This document shows positions 36,242 to 46,050 of a DNA stretch of 64,000 nucleotides, one piece after another. The notes under the pieces were generated by a model. That model had not been told where the DNA came from and made no database searches. It saw only the letters and a list, made by a program, of their open reading frames with translations. Where the stretch lies: the sequence record NC_047838.1. One strand, given 5' to 3'. A program made the translations under genes and the position numbers. The first letter of the stretch is position 1. Each line of letters begins with the position of its first letter.

Positions 36242-38149
36242 ATGGGTATCAAAGCATTAGGGAATAACGCAGAGGACTTTGTTAATAAGTTTTTGAGAGC
36301 CCGTGGTGGGGATTCTACAGGACTTGATGCTGTGGCTCCTATATCATCACCATCAGGACTAACAGCAACTGGTGGTGTCATCAGTGATTATACTTCTGGA
36401 AGTGATATTTTTAGAGCACATATTTTCACCTCATCAGGAACTTTTGATGTAACAGAAATTGGTGATTTTCCTGCTGATGTAGATTATCTTGTTATTGGTG
36501 GAGGAGGATCTGGTGGAGGAGCACAACCCTTTAGTGCGACTGATGGTGGTGGTGGAGGTGCTGGTGGTTATAGAACTAGTATGCCAGAGGGACCTGGTGG
36601 ACCTTCACCATCAGCAGAATCTCAAATAACTGTTAGTACATCTCCAGGTTCTTATACAGTCACTGTTGGAGCTGGAGGTGCAGGTATCGGTGCAGGATAT
36701 GGTGGTGATGGTAGTAATTCTGTATTTGGACCAATAACTGCTGGTGGTGGAGGTGCTGGTGCTGGTTCTGCTCCTCCATATAGTGGTAGAAATGGTGCAT
36801 CTGGCGGTGGAGCTTCTGATACCGCTTTTAACAGTGGTGCTGGCGGCGGTGGAAACCTAACTCAAGGTGGAGGAAGTCCAATACCAAATCAAGGATATCC
36901 TGGAAGTGCTGGAGGTGCCTCTCCTGCTTATGGTGGAGGTGCTGGTGGTGGTGCAGGAGGCGCTGGTGGGCCAGTTCCAACATCTGCTGGAGGTAATGGT
37001 GGACCCGGTAAAGCAAGTGTAATATCAGCAGGTCCAGGAAATCCAGTTACAAGATCTGGTGGTGGAGGTGGAGGGGCTGAGGGTAATACTGGAGGCACTG
37101 GCGGACCTGGTGGTGGTGGCACCGGATCTACAGGTTCTGGTCGTGGTGGTGCTGCGACATTTTCAACAGGTTCTGGTGGTGGTGGAGGTTCTACACATGA
37201 TAGTAGTGTTGGTGGTAATGGTGGTTCCGGTATTGTTGTAGTTCGTTATCAAATAGGATCAATTGCTGCATCTGCAAAAGCAACTGGTGGTGTCATTAGT
37301 TTTTATGGTGGCAAAACTATTCATACCTTCACCAATTCTGGCACTTTTGACACAACTTCTGATTGGGATGCTGGAACAAATGAAGTAGAATATTTAATTG
37401 TTGCTGGTGGTGGATCTGGAGGCGGTAAAAATGGTGGTGCTGGAGGTGGTGCAGGTGGATTCGTCCCTGGCACAACTACTTTAAGTCATCCAACTTCTTA
37501 TCCTGTAACTGTTGGTGCTGGTGCTGTAGGTGTTGATGTTGCAGGATCAAACGGTAATCAAGGAACTCCATCAGTTTTTGGTCCAGGACCAATATCTGCT
37601 ACAGGTGGTGGTTATGGTGGTAATGGAGTTAGTAATGGTGATGGTGGTCCTGGTGGCTCTGGTGGTGGAGGAGGAGAAGATAATAGTCCAGGTCCAGCAA
37701 CAAATTATCCCGGTCCAACTCAACAAGGATTCCCTGGTGGCACTAACCCAGGACCCCAGGACGGACCAGCATATGGCGCTGGCGGCGGTGGCGGTGCTGG
37801 TGGTGTTGGAGGAAATGGATCATCAACAGTTGGTGGTGCTGGAGGTATAGGAAAACAAATACCAACAACATTTAGAAATCCTTTATCTGCCTCAGCACTT
37901 GGAACTCCTGGACCTGGTGGATCTTATTATGTTGCTGGTGGTGGTGGAGGAGGAACAGAAAACTCCAACCCTGGTGGAGGTGCTGGTGGTTCTGGTGGAG
38001 GTGGAAACGCCCCAGGAACTGGAGCTGGCGTACCTGGTCTGGCCAACACTGGCGGTGGTGGCGGTGGAGCATCAGTGTATAATGGTCCAGCTAGTAATGT
38101 TTCTGGTTCTGGTGGTTCAGGTATTGTCCTCATCGCATATCCTACTTGA
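36242..38149 (+). CDS. Two-domain glycine-rich adhesin-like protein, tip 2
   Basis: Two ATGG..H.FT.SG.F / YL[VI].GGG / GSGIV...Y units. Confidence 0.7.
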   Translation: MGIKALGNNAEDFVNKFLRARGGDSTGLDAVAPISSPSGLTATGGVISDYTSGSDIFRAHIFTSSGTFDVTEIGDFPADVDYLVIGGGGSGGGAQPFSATDGGGGGAGGYRTSMPEGPGGPSPSAESQITVSTSPGSYTVTVGAGGAGIGAGYGGDGSNSVFGPITAGGGGAGAGSAPPYSGRNGASGGGASDTAFNSGAGGGGNLTQGGGSPIPNQGYPGSAGGASPAYGGGAGGGAGGAGGPVPTSAGGNGGPGKASVISAGPGNPVTRSGGGGGGAEGNTGGTGGPGGGGTGSTGSGRGGAATFSTGSGGGGGSTHDSSVGGNGGSGIVVVRYQIGSIAASAKATGGVISFYGGKTIHTFTNSGTFDTTSDWDAGTNEVEYLIVAGGGSGGGKNGGAGGGAGGFVPGTTTLSHPTSYPVTVGAGAVGVDVAGSNGNQGTPSVFGPGPISATGGGYGGNGVSNGDGGPGGSGGGGGEDNSPGPATNYPGPTQQGFPGGTNPGPQDGPAYGAGGGGGAGGVGGNGSSTVGGAGGIGKQIPTTFRNPLSASALGTPGPGGSYYVAGGGGGGTENSNPGGGAGGSGGGGNAPGTGAGVPGLANTGGGGGGASVYNGPASNVSGSGGSGIVLIAYPT

Positions 38150-38182
38150 TAAATAACCAAAGGATTGCTATAATCCTAAATA
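38149..38182 (+). promoter_or_regulatory. Stacked promoters: late ATAAATAAC (38149), extended -10 TGcTATAAT (38166), late CTAAATA (38176)
   Basis: Direct sequence match upstream of the 38213 gene. Confidence 0.6.
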
Positions 38183-38212
38183 TCTAAAACAAACTTAGTC
38201 AAAAGATAAAAG

Positions 38213-38647
38213 ATGGCTCATTTTGCACAACTAGATGAAAACAATGTGGTAACCCAAGTCATTGTTGTGAGCAACGATGACACATCCGATTCCAACGGTG
38301 TAGAAACAGAAAGTATCGGTGTTGCGTTCTGTCAGAAACTCCTTGGTGCTGATACCAACTGGAAGCAGACCTCATATAATGGAAACATGAGAGGCAACTA
38401 TGCAGGTATTGGATATACCTACATGAGTAATGTTGCTACTTTGGGTGTTGGTTCTACTGACATCTTTATTAGTCAGCAACCTTATGCTTCTTGGACTATC
38501 AGTACAACAGCAGCACAGTGGGAAGCACCTATCACGCAACCTACACTGACTGATGATCAGATTGCAGCAGGTTCTTATTACACCTGGGACGAATCAGCAT
38601 ATCAAGCAGATAATACAACTGGATGGACACTTACCACTCCTGAATAA
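38213..38647 (+). CDS. Conserved small phage protein (MAHFAQLDENNVV), possible tail-fibre assembly factor
   Basis: MAHFAQLD..WKQTSYN...NYAGIGYTY..FI..QPY.SW family, recalled beside fibre genes. Confidence 0.55.
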   Translation: MAHFAQLDENNVVTQVIVVSNDDTSDSNGVETESIGVAFCQKLLGADTNWKQTSYNGNMRGNYAGIGYTYMSNVATLGVGSTDIFISQQPYASWTISTTAAQWEAPITQPTLTDDQIAAGSYYTWDESAYQADNTTGWTLTTPE

Positions 38648-38653
38648 TTACGG

Positions 38654-38676
38654 GGAGGGGCAACCCTCCTTTTTTT
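38654..38676 (+). terminator. Rho-independent terminator
   Basis: GGAGGG-GCAA-CCCTCC followed by T7. Confidence 0.9.
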
Positions 38677-38707
38677 ATTGGCATAAATAACTAAAAATAA
38701 TAATGCG

Positions 38708-39412
38708 ATGGCAATAGGCAATCCTATAACATTAACAAGTAATGTTGCGTCTAAGACCATCAGTGTAATTGCAACAGCATCTCAGACGCTGTTCACAGTC
38801 ACTGGTGGTTATAGGATCAATCAACTCGCAGTATTTCGTAATGGTGTCCGTCTGGTAGATGGTAGAGACTATACTGCTGCTGATGGATCTACTGTAACTC
38901 TTTTATCTGCAGCATCTCTGTCAGATGTTTTAGAGTTTCAAATTTTTGATGACTTTAGAGTTGCTGATGCGATTGTTTCTGCAGCATCAACTCAAACAAT
39001 CCAGGGTAATTTAAAAGTTACTGGAACTCTGGATGTAGAGTCTGGTGGTATTATCGGAATTAGTTCTGGCGGTACATCAGTTGGTGTTGCTAAGACACTT
39101 AACTTTATTGGATCTGGAAATACTGTTGTCCTGTCTAGTGATGGAACAGTTGATATTAGTATCTCTGGTAGTGGTGGCGGTGGATTAGGAACTGCTATCA
39201 ACTATACTGATGGCACATCATCGCCATTAAGTTTCTTTGACATGGAGGCAACGATCACAGCAGATCTTGACCTTAATGCAGAGAATGCTGGTGTATCAAG
39301 TTCTTATGTTGTCTCAGTCATTCCACAAATAAATATTGCAAGTGGAATCGGTGTCACAGTTGGTGCTGGTAAGACTATGATTATTGATGTCCTTCAAATT
39401 TCGGATCTCTGA
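38708..39412 (+). CDS. Connector protein, class gamma
   Basis: Ig-like N domain shared with 34925; C-terminal GLGTA..PL..DVLQ shared with 49665 and 53267; late promoter 38683. Confidence 0.6.
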   Translation: MAIGNPITLTSNVASKTISVIATASQTLFTVTGGYRINQLAVFRNGVRLVDGRDYTAADGSTVTLLSAASLSDVLEFQIFDDFRVADAIVSAASTQTIQGNLKVTGTLDVESGGIIGISSGGTSVGVAKTLNFIGSGNTVVLSSDGTVDISISGSGGGGLGTAINYTDGTSSPLSFFDMEATITADLDLNAENAGVSSSYVVSVIPQINIASGIGVTVGAGKTMIIDVLQISDL

Positions 39413-39804
39413 TGTCAGACTTAAGAGTTAATAATCTAAAAGCAAGGACAGACGGTAACGTTCCAACTATTGTTGGTGGTGCCGTCATTTCTGGTATTAC
39501 AACGATTACTGGAGTATTAGAAGCAGAATCAGGTATTACTGCTGAAAACGTATCAGCAACTGGTATTGCAACTATATCAACAGCAATCGTTGGAGCTGCT
39601 GTTACCATAAATTCATCTGGTGTAGTTGCAACTGGTGTTGTAACTGCTACTAGTTTTACTGGTAATGTAACTGGTAATGCCACAGGATTGACTGGCACTC
39701 CTGATGTAACGGTCGGTAATGTAAATGCTGGAATTATTACCGCAACCACATTTGTTGGTGTTCCTGCTGGATTCACCGAACTCGATGCAGCTCTGTTTAA
39801 CTAA
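39412..39804 (+). CDS. Short stalk protein (MSDLRVNN)
   Basis: MS-x-L-x-V leader; ATSFTGNVTG repeats. Confidence 0.6.
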   Translation: MSDLRVNNLKARTDGNVPTIVGGAVISGITTITGVLEAESGITAENVSATGIATISTAIVGAAVTINSSGVVATGVVTATSFTGNVTGNATGLTGTPDVTVGNVNAGIITATTFVGVPAGFTELDAALFN

Positions 39805-39824
39805 ATAACTAAAAAGATATACCA

Positions 39825-40232
39825 ATGGCACTCAAGAGAACTAAACTATTAGGCATTCAGAATGTAACTGGCATTAACACCGTTGGTATTTTAACGGTTG
39901 GTGTTACCCAGACTGCTGGTGGTGTTGGTATTGCATCGACCACATTCTTGAGAGGTGTGATATTACACAACACAGGTCTTGCAACCTGCACATCGTCACT
40001 CTACATTTATGACGATGGAGAATCAGAGGGTTCAGGTGCCGCAATCACGACTCGCAGAATTGCTAGAGTTGATTTAAATTCTAACGAAACATTTTTCTTT
40101 GAAACACCATATCCAATTACTATGACAAATGGTAGTCAATTATTTGTTGAAGTGACAGCACCAGCAGCTGGAGGAACAGGAATCGGAAGCGTGGTGAACG
40201 TTCAGGTGCTTGGCGACACCGACATCGTTTGA
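39825..40232 (+). CDS. Small adaptor, class beta (MALKRT)
   Basis: Paralogue of 35838; late promoter 39801. Confidence 0.65.
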   Translation: MALKRTKLLGIQNVTGINTVGILTVGVTQTAGGVGIASTTFLRGVILHNTGLATCTSSLYIYDDGESEGSGAAITTRRIARVDLNSNETFFFETPYPITMTNGSQLFVEVTAPAAGGTGIGSVVNVQVLGDTDIV

Positions 40233-40243
40233 GGTAAGTAGAC

Positions 40244-42235
40244 ATGGGAGCAAGATCTACTGGTAGTCATCCTACAACAACAAAAGCAGACGGACATCTT
40301 TTAGAATATTTTAGACAGAACTTTGGTGCTGGTGGAGGAGGAACTAATGCAGCACCACCATCAGGAATGTCAGCAACTGGTGGTATTATTAGTGAATATG
40401 TAGATTCTGGAAAAATTTATAGAGCTCATATTTTTTCATCGTCAGGAACAATTGATTTTACTGAAGGTGGAAGTTTAGGAGACACTGTTGACTATCTATT
40501 AGTAGGTGGAGGTGGAGGTGGTGGATCCGCTAATGGTGGAGGCGGTGGTGCCGGTGAGGTTTTATTTAAGACAAGTATCTCTACACCAGGTACTTTTCCA
40601 GCACCATTTGCTATAACTATTGGTGCAGGTGGAGGGGGACAGATACATGGAGCAAATGGAAATACACTAAATCCTGGAGGTAGCACTACTTTTGCCTTAG
40701 GACCCGTTGGTGCTGCTGGTGGTGGTTCTGGCGGAACAGGTTTTGATCCTGGTCCACAGAATCCAGGAGAAGCTGGAGGATCTGGTGGTGGAGGAGGATG
40801 TAATAATGGTACTGGTGGGACAGGAAGTGGTGTTCTATATCCAGGATCAGGATCATTAGTTTCTCCTGATGACGGATGGGGAGGTGATGGAGGAACTGGA
40901 TCTGCTCCTGGTGGAACAGAACCTGGTGGCGGCGGTGGTGGTGCCGGTGGTAATGGTTTTGATTTTGATGATTCTTCATATGAAGGTGGTGGTGGAACTG
41001 GTATTACAATTCCTGCATCAAGTATGTCCGGCACCGAACTTAAAGTCGCTGGTGGCGGTGGCGGTGGCGGTCCTTCTAGTGGGGGAGCAACCGACAACCC
41101 AGCAGCAACTGCTGCTGGAGGTGCTGGCGTAAAGGTGGGGAATAGTCCATCTCCAGGAAATAATGGCACTGCTTCCACTGGTGGTGGAGGAGGTGGAGGT
41201 GGACAATATTCAAACTCTCCTGGTGGTTCTGGGGGTTCTGGTATAGCTGTCATTCGTTATCAAATCGGTTCTGTTCAATCACCTGGATCAAGTCCAAAAG
41301 GTGCAACTGGTGGTTCTATTTCAATTTACAATAATCAAGTTATTCATACCTTTATCAATTCTGGTACTTTCGCTACTCCAGGATCATTTAGTGAAACAGT
41401 AACTTATGTTCTCGTCGGTGGCGGCGGCGGTGGTGGTGGTGGCACCTATCATGGTGGCGGCGGTGGCGCTGGTGGATACAGAACTAGCACAACTCCAATA
41501 GGAGCATCTCAGAATCTCACCGTAACAGTTGGAGCAGGTGGAGCTGGATCTCACAGTACAGGAAAACCAAGTAGTATTTCTGGAGAAAGTGGTTCTTGGT
41601 CTCAATTTGGTTCTCTATATGTTGGTTCTGGTGGTGGAGGAGGAACATATGGAACTGGTAATGCTATCGCTGGGCAAGCAAGTCCTGCAGGAAGTGATGC
41701 TGGATCAGGTGGTGGTGGAAAAGGATCTAATCAACCACCAAATGCAGGTGGAGGAAGTGGTCCCTATGGAAATGATGGTGGTGATGGAGAGCCTAGTTTT
41801 GATAATGCCATTGGATCAGGTGGCGGCGGTGGTGCTGGCGGCGCTGGTGCTAATGGAAGCAATAGTGCTGGTGGAGCAGGTGGTAATGGAACTAGAATTC
41901 CAACAGTATTCCATGATCCAAGAGTTGCACCAGGTCCAGGAACAGGTCCTAATGTTGGCGGTGGATTGGGATCACCCGGTCCTGCTGGTGGATATTATGT
42001 CGCAGGAGGTGGCGGTGGAAGTGCATATGAAGATGGATCTGGTGGACCTTATGATGGTGGCGCTGGTGGATATGGAGGAGGTGGTGATGGTAGTAATGGA
42101 CAAGGTGAAAATGCTGTTCAAAACACCGGAGGTGGTGGCGGTGGATCTGAAAGAGAACCCAATCCTCCTGGTGTCTCAAATCCTGGCGGACATGGTGCTT
42201 CGGGTATCGTTCTTCTTGCTTACCCATCAACCTGA
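40244..42235 (+). CDS. Two-domain glycine-rich adhesin-like protein, tip 3
   Basis: Same two-unit architecture as 36242. Confidence 0.7.
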   Translation: MGARSTGSHPTTTKADGHLLEYFRQNFGAGGGGTNAAPPSGMSATGGIISEYVDSGKIYRAHIFSSSGTIDFTEGGSLGDTVDYLLVGGGGGGGSANGGGGGAGEVLFKTSISTPGTFPAPFAITIGAGGGGQIHGANGNTLNPGGSTTFALGPVGAAGGGSGGTGFDPGPQNPGEAGGSGGGGGCNNGTGGTGSGVLYPGSGSLVSPDDGWGGDGGTGSAPGGTEPGGGGGGAGGNGFDFDDSSYEGGGGTGITIPASSMSGTELKVAGGGGGGGPSSGGATDNPAATAAGGAGVKVGNSPSPGNNGTASTGGGGGGGGQYSNSPGGSGGSGIAVIRYQIGSVQSPGSSPKGATGGSISIYNNQVIHTFINSGTFATPGSFSETVTYVLVGGGGGGGGGTYHGGGGGAGGYRTSTTPIGASQNLTVTVGAGGAGSHSTGKPSSISGESGSWSQFGSLYVGSGGGGGTYGTGNAIAGQASPAGSDAGSGGGGKGSNQPPNAGGGSGPYGNDGGDGEPSFDNAIGSGGGGGAGGAGANGSNSAGGAGGNGTRIPTVFHDPRVAPGPGTGPNVGGGLGSPGPAGGYYVAGGGGGSAYEDGSGGPYDGGAGGYGGGGDGSNGQGENAVQNTGGGGGGSEREPNPPGVSNPGGHGASGIVLLAYPST

Positions 42236-42258
42236 TAAATACCTAAAAACATAAACCC

Positions 42259-42594
42259 ATGTCAAAGTTACAAGTTGATGATATTGTAAATAAGGATGAT
42301 ACCGGTTCTGTGGGATTCTCCCGTGGAGCCGTTGTAACTGGTGTTGCAACTGCTACTACTTTTAGTGGTGCATTAACTGGTAATGTGACTGGAGATGTCG
42401 TTGGTGGTGTTACTGGTGATGTAACAGGTAATGTCACAGGTAACATCAACTCTGCATCTGCATCTGGTATCAGCACAGTTGGTATTTTGACTGCATATTC
42501 ATCAGTTACTATTGGCAGCACAAATGTGTTAACTGCTATTGACGGCAAAACCTCTCCTGGTAAAGCCATCGCTTTGTCTATGGTCTTTGGTTGA
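42259..42594 (+). CDS. Short stalk protein (MSKLQVDD)
   Basis: MS-x-L-x-V leader; GNVTGDV repeats; late promoter 42235. Confidence 0.6.
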   Translation: MSKLQVDDIVNKDDTGSVGFSRGAVVTGVATATTFSGALTGNVTGDVVGGVTGDVTGNVTGNINSASASGISTVGILTAYSSVTIGSTNVLTAIDGKTSPGKAIALSMVFG

Positions 42595-42623
42595 TAAATA
42601 AACAAAAGAGGTATTGTAAGTAA

Positions 42624-43004
42624 ATGGCTGCACCAAATATAGTAAATGTTGCCACTATTACGGGGATTACAACATTCAAAGCTGGTATCAATACTGAGGC
42701 TGCTGGTGTGTCAGTCATCGTTACCAACCCTGCTTCTAGTGGAAAAGTATTAAAGATTAACTCTCTGGTTGCATCGGGAATCGGAGCAACAACTGATGTA
42801 ACGGTTAAGTTGCATAATTTAGCAGCAGGTGCTGGCGGAACTGTTTCTATTGCAACCTCTGTTTCTGTTCCTACATTCTCAACTCTGGTTGTTATTAGTA
42901 AGGAAAACTCAATCTACGTTCAAGAGAATCAATCAATATCAGCATTTAAACAACCAAACGCAGGAGATATCGACATTATCTGTGGTCTTGAAGACATTAG
43001 CTGA
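42624..43004 (+). CDS. Small adaptor, class alpha (MAAPNIV)
   Basis: Resembles C-terminus of 34386; late promoter 42594. Confidence 0.6.
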   Translation: MAAPNIVNVATITGITTFKAGINTEAAGVSVIVTNPASSGKVLKINSLVASGIGATTDVTVKLHNLAAGAGGTVSIATSVSVPTFSTLVVISKENSIYVQENQSISAFKQPNAGDIDIICGLEDIS

Positions 43005-43015
43005 GGTAATTAAAG

Positions 43016-45151
43016 ATGGGATATCTTGGTAGAAGAATAGGTAAGAGTCAGAACACCGCAAGGGGTGGAGATGGTGCAAATGGAAATTTAGGTGGTGGTA
43101 TTATTGATCTTTTTGATCAGGGATATTTTGCGAGAGAAGGAAATATTAATAGATCTCCTGGAGAAAATAAAGGATTAACGGCAACTGGTGGTATTATTAG
43201 TGATTACTCTGTTAGTGGAACAGTCTACAGAGCACATGTTTTTACAACGTCAGGTTCTTTTGTTGTATCTGAACTTACGGAAGGATCATTCACGAATACT
43301 ATTGAATACATCGTTGTCGGTGGTGGCGGCGGTGGTGGAATGGGTGCTAGTCATGGTGCTGCTGGTGGTGGTGCTGGAGGATTTAGAACTAATGTTTCTG
43401 GGGACAGTCCAGGAGGACCAAGCACATCTACTGAAGCAGCATTTCCTGTAACAACAGCAACTTATTCTGTGGTAATTGGTGCTGGAGGAGGTGGACCTAG
43501 AGGTTCAGAAGCACCAGGTAATGGTGGTGGTTTTTCAAACTTTGACAGTGGTGGTCCCAATCCAATCAGATCGGAAGGTGGTGGTGGTGGAGCAGGCTAC
43601 AATCCTGCTACACCAGTTTCAAATGGTCAAAATGGAGCATCTGGTGGAGGTGGTAATGGATCAGCAGCTGGACCATCAACTGGTGGATCTGCTGGATATC
43701 AAGCAAACACAACAACTCCTGCACCTACACAAGGTTATAATGGAGGTGCTGGATATCCTGGTCCACCTAACTATGGTGGAGGAGGTGGTGGTGGTGCCGG
43801 TGGCGCAGGAGGATCTGTACCATCAACTTCTGCTGCTGGTGGAAATGGTGGAGATGGTAAACAATCAAGCATAGAAGGAACCACTTATTATTATGCCGGT
43901 GGTGGCGGTGGTGGTGGATTCCAGTCGGGTAATGGTGCAGGTAATGGTGGTCAAGGTGGAGGAGGAGGAGGTCAAACTCAAGAAGGTAATTTTGGTACTG
44001 GTGGTACTGGTGGTAGACAAAATGGTACACCAGGCGAATCAGATGATCCAGATGGATCTCCCAACCCAGGAACAAGGGGTGGAAATGGTGGATTTTCCAC
44101 TGGTAGTGGAGGAGGTGCAAGCACATATCTATCTGGTCACCCCACCTTTCCCGAGCATAATCACGGACAAGGTGGTTCTGGAATTGTTGTAGTTCGTTAT
44201 CAAATTAAAGAACTTACCGGAAGTGCAAAGGCAACTGGTGGTAATGTCAGTTTCTATGGTGGAAAAACCATTCATGTATTTACAGGTTCTGGCACTTTTG
44301 CAAACCCAACAGCACTGAATGGTGGTGCATCAAATCCACTCTCTGCTGAATATGTTGTAATCGGTGGAGGAGGCTCTGGCGGATCTGGTGCAAGAGCAGG
44401 TGGTGGAGGTGGTGCAGGTCAATATCTAACAGGACCAACCACAATAGCATCTGGTTCCTCTTTCGCAGTCACCGTTGGTGGTGGTGCAGCAGAGAAATCA
44501 ACTGGATCAGAGAATGCTCAAGGTGATGGAGATGTTGGAACTCAATCTCAAGCAGTTTTCCCTGCAGGAACTGTAACAGCTGGTGGTGGCGGTGGAGGAG
44601 GTGCATATGACCGAAGCGGTTTACAGGGATCTCCAACCGGTGCTTCAGGTGGAGGCGGCGGTAGAGATAACGAGGGTAGTGGTGCGGCTAGTTCCGTCGG
44701 TCCTGGAGGAAATCCTGGTGGAAATAGTGGTCCTGGCGGTGGTTATTCTGGTGCTGGTGGTGGAGGTGGTGCTGGAGGTGCCGGTGGTGATGGTACTAAT
44801 CCAGGAGAAACCACAGAATCATCTGGTCATGGTGGCATCGGAGTTCAAATCCCATCAACATTTAGAAATCCTTTATCAAGAGTAGGTGCTCCTGGTCCCG
44901 GTGGTGGAAATTATTGGGTCGCTGGCGGAGGAGCAGGAGCATGTTCTAGACCTGGTGGTGTTGGAGATGGTGGAGGACCTGGAGGTCCTTATGCGGGTGG
45001 TGGTGATGGAGGTTCTCCACCAGGATCTGGTAACACTAATGCACTACAGAACACCGGAGGCGGTGGTGGTGGAGGTGCAAACGGCGCACCTGGAGCAGGA
45101 GCTTCAGGTAGTGGCGGTTCTGGTCTTATCCTCATCGCATACGACACTTAA
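43016..45151 (+). CDS. Two-domain glycine-rich adhesin-like protein, tip 4
   Basis: Same architecture; MGYLGRR leader. Confidence 0.7.
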   Translation: MGYLGRRIGKSQNTARGGDGANGNLGGGIIDLFDQGYFAREGNINRSPGENKGLTATGGIISDYSVSGTVYRAHVFTTSGSFVVSELTEGSFTNTIEYIVVGGGGGGGMGASHGAAGGGAGGFRTNVSGDSPGGPSTSTEAAFPVTTATYSVVIGAGGGGPRGSEAPGNGGGFSNFDSGGPNPIRSEGGGGGAGYNPATPVSNGQNGASGGGGNGSAAGPSTGGSAGYQANTTTPAPTQGYNGGAGYPGPPNYGGGGGGGAGGAGGSVPSTSAAGGNGGDGKQSSIEGTTYYYAGGGGGGGFQSGNGAGNGGQGGGGGGQTQEGNFGTGGTGGRQNGTPGESDDPDGSPNPGTRGGNGGFSTGSGGGASTYLSGHPTFPEHNHGQGGSGIVVVRYQIKELTGSAKATGGNVSFYGGKTIHVFTGSGTFANPTALNGGASNPLSAEYVVIGGGGSGGSGARAGGGGGAGQYLTGPTTIASGSSFAVTVGGGAAEKSTGSENAQGDGDVGTQSQAVFPAGTVTAGGGGGGGAYDRSGLQGSPTGASGGGGGRDNEGSGAASSVGPGGNPGGNSGPGGGYSGAGGGGGAGGAGGDGTNPGETTESSGHGGIGVQIPSTFRNPLSRVGAPGPGGGNYWVAGGGAGACSRPGGVGDGGGPGGPYAGGGDGGSPPGSGNTNALQNTGGGGGGGANGAPGAGASGSGGSGLILIAYDT

Positions 45152-45173
45152 TAAATAACTAGAAAGTCATAAG

Positions 45174-45656
45174 ATGTCTCAGTTAAACGTCAACACTATT
45201 AAGAATAGAACAGGGACATCTGGACCGGTACTGACTGGATTATCAACGGTTAGTGGCAGTCTGGTTGTTTCTAATGATGCGACTGTAAGTGGTGCTGCGA
45301 CAGTAAGTGGTAATTTATCTGTAACTGGTAATGTATCAGTTGGCGGAACTTTAACTTATGAAGATGTAACCAACATCGATTCTGTTGGTGTCGTTACAGC
45401 AAGACAAGGTATTGTTGTTGTCGGTGGTGGTATTACTGCTGTTGGTGTTGTAACTGCAACTAAATTTATTGGTGATGGTAGTGAATTGTCAGGTGTTGTA
45501 TCTGGTATTGAGGTAAAATCAAACGGAACCTCAGTAGGAACATCACTTACTGCAATTAATTTTGTGCATACTGGAGACATAACCACCGGATCTGGTGGAA
45601 TTACAACTGTCACAACCTGGGAAGTCTTTGACACCTGGTTATATGGTGGCGGTTGA
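45174..45656 (+). CDS. Short stalk protein (MSQLNVNT)
   Basis: MS-x-L-x-V leader; LTYEDVTNIDSVG; late promoter 45151. Confidence 0.6.
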   Translation: MSQLNVNTIKNRTGTSGPVLTGLSTVSGSLVVSNDATVSGAATVSGNLSVTGNVSVGGTLTYEDVTNIDSVGVVTARQGIVVVGGGITAVGVVTATKFIGDGSELSGVVSGIEVKSNGTSVGTSLTAINFVHTGDITTGSGGITTVTTWEVFDTWLYGGG

Positions 45657-45684
45657 TTTACTAAATAACTAAAAAGCATAAGTC

Positions 45685-46047
45685 ATGGCACTGGAAAGAG
45701 GAAAACTTAGTAATGTCGTTCAGGTCGCAGCAGGTGCGACCGTGGGTATTGCTACTTGTGCATCCGGTAAGAAAGTCTATATTAAATCAATCATTTGCCA
45801 TGCTACAGGACTTGGTATTGCCACCGCTGCTGGTCAGGTTTACCTTACGCCTGCAGGTGTGACAACCAGTTCAAACACAAGAATCTTTGATATTAATATA
45901 GCGAGAGGAGAAACAGTATTATTAGAACCAGCATATCCGATCGTATTGGGAGAAAATGGAGATACTCTCGCCGTTGGAACAGGAAATGTAACTGGATTAG
46001 CAGCAACACACATCAACTTTATGATTACTGGCGATAAGGAGGCTTGA
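45685..46047 (+). CDS. Small adaptor, class beta (MALERG)
   Basis: YIKSIICH.TG..ETVLLE..YPIV..GD shared with 35838/39825; late promoter 45661. Confidence 0.6.
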   Translation: MALERGKLSNVVQVAAGATVGIATCASGKKVYIKSIICHATGLGIATAAGQVYLTPAGVTTSSNTRIFDINIARGETVLLEPAYPIVLGENGDTLAVGTGNVTGLAATHINFMITGDKEA

Positions 46048-46050
46048 TTT

